From NCBI RefSeq assembly GCF_001194135.2, contig NC_069002.1, positions 3,345,120 to 3,409,119 on the forward strand: a stretch of 64,000 nt of DNA, given 5' to 3'. This DNA comes from Octopus bimaculoides (lineage: Eukaryota). This document shows positions 62,468 through 64,000 of this stretch, in pieces. The position numbers and the translations under genes were made by a program. The notes under the pieces were generated by a model. It made no database searches and was not told the DNA's origin. It worked only from the letters and a program-made list of their open reading frames with translations. Each line of letters starts with the position of its first letter. Position 1 is the stretch's first letter.

Positions 62468-63898
62468 AGAACAAGACATGCGCCATTTCACAGCACAGAC
62501 ACAACACAAAAACCATCCACGTTGGGCAGTTAATGATGTTGATGAGGAAGCAAATCTTCATTTTTGTTTGTGTGTGCTTCTCTGTTTTCCTTCACTTTAT
62601 TTCATTATCTCATTATCATTTACAACAACAACAACAACAATAAAAAAAAACCCATTCATTTAAAAGGATTTTTTTTTTTTAGTTGGTGATGGGTGATACA
62701 CTTTTTATTTTGTTCTTCAATGACATTTTTTATTAAAAAAAATCTAAATCTAAATCATTTTCCTGTGTTAATTACAAGTCATTAACACATGGTTTTTAAT
62801 TTAGGATACATATCTAAATATTATTTTATATATATGTATATGTATGTATATATATATATATAAAATAATTAAGGAAAAGTCATTAGGGATGAGGTGCTAA
62901 TGAGTACCTGTTGTCTTTTCCTCCTGTCTTTGAGTAGTTTATTTAAATTAAATTTTGTTTAATTATTTTAATTTTTCTCTCCCCAATGCTCCTCCATATG
63001 CCTCATAAATTGTTGACGTTCATTAGTATTCTAGTTGTTAATGTACTTGTATAATCAAGTGACTATATCTTCCTTCATTCCTGTCTAAGAGCCTACCCCT
63101 CCCACCCTGAAAGTCTTACCCTAAAAAAAGTGTTGGTCTTATTTGTGTCTTATTCAGAAAAGACACTGATATATAATTTAATTTTATATATATATATATA
63201 ATTAAAATTTAATTTAATTGCAAAAAAAAATTTTTTACAATAAATATTATTCTAGATATTTTAAAAATATTAAAGGTTCAAGTTTCTTGAGTTTGGCAAC
63301 GGTTTATTATTTTACAATAGTTTAAGTCGATGTTTTTACATATATGAGCTTTCATATGGTTGTAAAGTATTATCTGGCCCAACAGACTGGTTACACTGAT
63401 GTACATGTAGGCTGTACGGACCTTCTTAGCAACTGTCTCTCATGCAAAAAGAAAAAAAATGGAAAAGAAAGACAAACAATAAAAATCAACAAAAATGAGA
63501 CATTTATAAATGTATATTGATTAAATTTAAGTGTAATATGGTTAAAACTCCAGTCAATATTAATTTCTGACTCTGGATAGGGCACAAAAAGTTATAGATG
63601 ATATGGGGTTACAAGATGAATCACAGTCAGTGTAGTTCTATGAATGAGGAAAAATATGTTACTCTCCACACAGTCAGAGGAAGAACATTCGGCAGCTGTT
63701 TTTTATTTTTATTTTATTAAAATTTTTTTTTTTTTTAGATTATTTAACTTTTTTTTTCACCCCTGTCCTCTACATTGTTGGAATCTTATTTTTTCTTCTT
63801 TATATTTTGGTCAGTTTTTGAAAAAGTGTAACAAGAATCCCACACATCCAAAAATGAATATGTGCATGAGTGTGTATACATGTGTGTATATGTATGTC

Positions 63899-63930
<32 letters not shown>

Positions 63931-64000
63931 CACGTATGTGTATGCTGGTGGATATATCATCTACAAATCTGATCCATTCTTTGAACTGAACTTTGTTTTT

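Overview
AT-rich, microsatellite-dense animal genomic scaffold with about 4.3 kb of N gaps. It is probably from an octopus; this is inferred from the tRNA-derived SINE families and the (CAT)n-tailed RTE LINE 3' ends, not from a database search. Three protein-coding genes can be reconstructed by eye. (1) The 3' end of ANAPC1 (APC/C subunit 1, + strand, 1-972), read as one uninterrupted exon. (2) A complete 4-exon SNAPIN (BLOC-1/BORC subunit, - strand, 12765-16186, 153 aa). (3) A complete 9-coding-exon ALAD (porphobilinogen synthase, + strand, 41510-62467, 336 aa) with a 14.8 kb first intron. The rest is mostly SINEs, LINE and Penelope-like remnants, MITEs, one internally deleted Tigger/pogo element with intact TIRs just upstream of ALAD, and simple repeats. 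Most listed ORFs are microsatellite or N-gap artefacts. The main unexplained signals are three near-perfect long hairpins (9.1, 12.1 and 53.6 kb), two orphan promoter-like sites (24.4 and 38.9 kb), and several exon-like segments between SNAPIN and ALAD, one of which is open except for a single in-frame TGA. I could not identify a clearly novel system with confidence; the candidates are reported as hypotheses.
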